DNA of 63,945 nt, filler included, from Lama guanicoe (lineage: Eukaryota): assembly GCA_013239625.1 (NCBI GenBank). It is 102 parts of 102 records of this genome, joined end to end, with 100 filler letters (N's around TTAATTAATTAA, not from the genome) between each part and the next. Parts side by side here need not be neighbours in the genome. Positions count along the whole stretch, not along the records: positions 62,425 to 63,022 come from PNXV01026792.1; positions 63,123 to 63,638 come from PNXV01026793.1; positions 63,739 to 63,945 come from PNXV01026795.1; 99 more parts are not named here. One strand, 5' to 3'. Positions within the stretch are counted from its first letter, which is position 1, and every line of letters starts with the position of its first letter. Shown here piece after piece: positions 62,425-63,945 of this stretch. A program made the position numbers and the translations under genes. Below the pieces are notes generated by a model. The model was not told the origin of the DNA. It saw nothing but the letters and a program-made list of their open reading frames with translations, and searched no databases.

Positions 62425-63022
62425 AAATCTCAGAATTTAGCATGTGGAGAGATTTTCGTTCGTCTAACCTAAAGGGAATGGTTTGCTGTAGAAACGCTAA
62501 CTTGGGTTATCAGTAGGTTTCCTAGTGCCTGTTTGAATTTCATGCAGTTTTCACTGTAAAACCGAGTTGGAAATATTACCTCCCCATATATATTTATATA
62601 GTGTAGTTTTCCAGTGTAAAGAAAGTGTGTGTTCCAAACAAGCTAGCTGGTTGACGGCTTTCACACACACTTAACTCTCATAATTGAGCATGAGGTGAGA
62701 CGTTTTTTCATCTAACATGAAGGAAATGTGTTGTAGTTGAAACATTTACTCTGGTTTCTCTGTATGTTTTCTAGTGCCGTTTTGATGTTGATACATTTTT
62801 CACTTTAGACACGAGTTGGAGCTTGTACCTCCCTATATATATGTATATAGAGTAGTTTCCCACTGAAAAGATTCTGTGTGTTCCCAAGGTGCTAGTTGAT
62901 TGACGGCTGTCACACACAATTAATTCTCAGAATTGAGCGTGTGGAGAGACGTTCGTTCTTTTAGCAGAAAGACAATGGTTTGCAGTAGAAAGAACTACCC
63001 TGGTTTCTCAGGATGTTTCCTA
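62425..63022 (+). repeat. Satellite B, diverged copy
   Basis: agcatgtggagagatttt / gagcgtgtggagagacgttcg; ctgtaaaaccgagttgg. Confidence 0.92.
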
Positions 63023-63738
63023 NNNNNNNNNNNNNNNNNNNNNNNNNNNNNNNNNNNNNNNNNNNNTTAATTAATTAANNNNNNNNNNNNNNNNNNNNNN
63101 NNNNNNNNNNNNNNNNNNNNNNTCTTTGTTTCTATACAGCCGTGGTGGGAGGGATTGTCCGAAGACCCCTGATTAGACATTGTGTTGATATCTCATTTGC
63201 AGGCTTTAAGAAGTTTAACAGAATTCATTTACATGTTTTGGGAGTTATACGAAAATGAAGTTAGCTTTTGAAACACACTAAATCGACCTACAAGCAAGAC
63301 TTGTCAATTTTGGTAACATTTTGTCAGCTCTACGGAAAACCTAGACAGATAGAATGCAAACTAGCAGTCCAAACTGTTAAAGGGGTCATGTCAGCTCTTT
63401 ACGGTTGAAGCCTCCGAAACCAACAGGAACCATGAAATAACTATTGGAAACATGAAATAACCCCCAACCTTGGATACACTTGTGCATGTGGTGCCCTTTA
63501 ATCCCAATGACACCTACTGGCCAATGTTGGCATTTCAAGGGGTAACATCCTTCCCTAGGAAAACACAAGAGGAAAGAAACCAAATATACATATTTAGGTT
63601 TGAATCCAAAAGCACCTAGAGGCATTATAGCTAGGAGANNNNNNNNNNNNNNNNNNNNNNNNNNNNNNNNNNNNNNNNNNNNTTAATTAATTAANNNNNN
63701 NNNNNNNNNNNNNNNNNNNNNNNNNNNNNNNNNNNNNN

Positions 63739-63945
63739 GAGATTAACAACATGCTATTAAAAAAACAAGGGTCAATGATGAAATCAAAGTTGAAATTAAG
63801 GAATACTTTGAGACAAATGAAAATGAAAACAACCACAAAATACTTACGGGACAAAGCAAAACAGTGCTAAGAGGAACGTTTAGAGCGATACAGGCTTTCC
63901 TCAAAAATGAAGAACAATATCAAAAAAACAATCTAACCCACCAGT
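63739..63945 (+). mobile_element. LINE-1 ORF2 fragment (just after the endonuclease domain)
   Basis: LNNMLLKKQGVNDEIKVEIKEYFETNENEN matches the L1 ORF2p pattern LNNMLLN..WV.EEIK.EIK.YLETNENEN. Confidence 0.92.

Overview
This is not a contiguous locus. It is an artificial concatenation of 102 short, unordered mammalian contigs (about 200-990 bp each) joined by 101 identical 100-bp spacers (N44-TTAATTAATTAA-N44), which carry stop codons in all six frames. No adjacency across a spacer is biological. A Vic-1-like tRNA-derived SINE and cetartiodactyl-type L1 3' ends point to a camelid (alpaca, llama or camel); this is an inference. About 47 contigs are satellite DNA from four families, which I label A-D: A (266-268 bp, GC/CpG-rich), B (249 bp), C (264-266 bp, a diverged relative of A) and D (AT-rich, 7-bp TAGAATA base unit with 63/126/146/174/181-bp higher-order periods). 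The rest are LINE-1, SINE, MIR, LTR and MER fragments, a 40/52-bp minisatellite, a CpG-island fragment and anonymous sequence. No intact protein-coding gene is supported; the only recognisable gene homology is a decayed, apparently unprocessed TRAPPC9 pseudogene fragment. I found no convincing novel biological system. The best leads are a possible common ancestry of satellites A, B and C, the TRAPPC9 duplicate, and two non-TE sequence families that recur among these random contigs, which implies high copy number.
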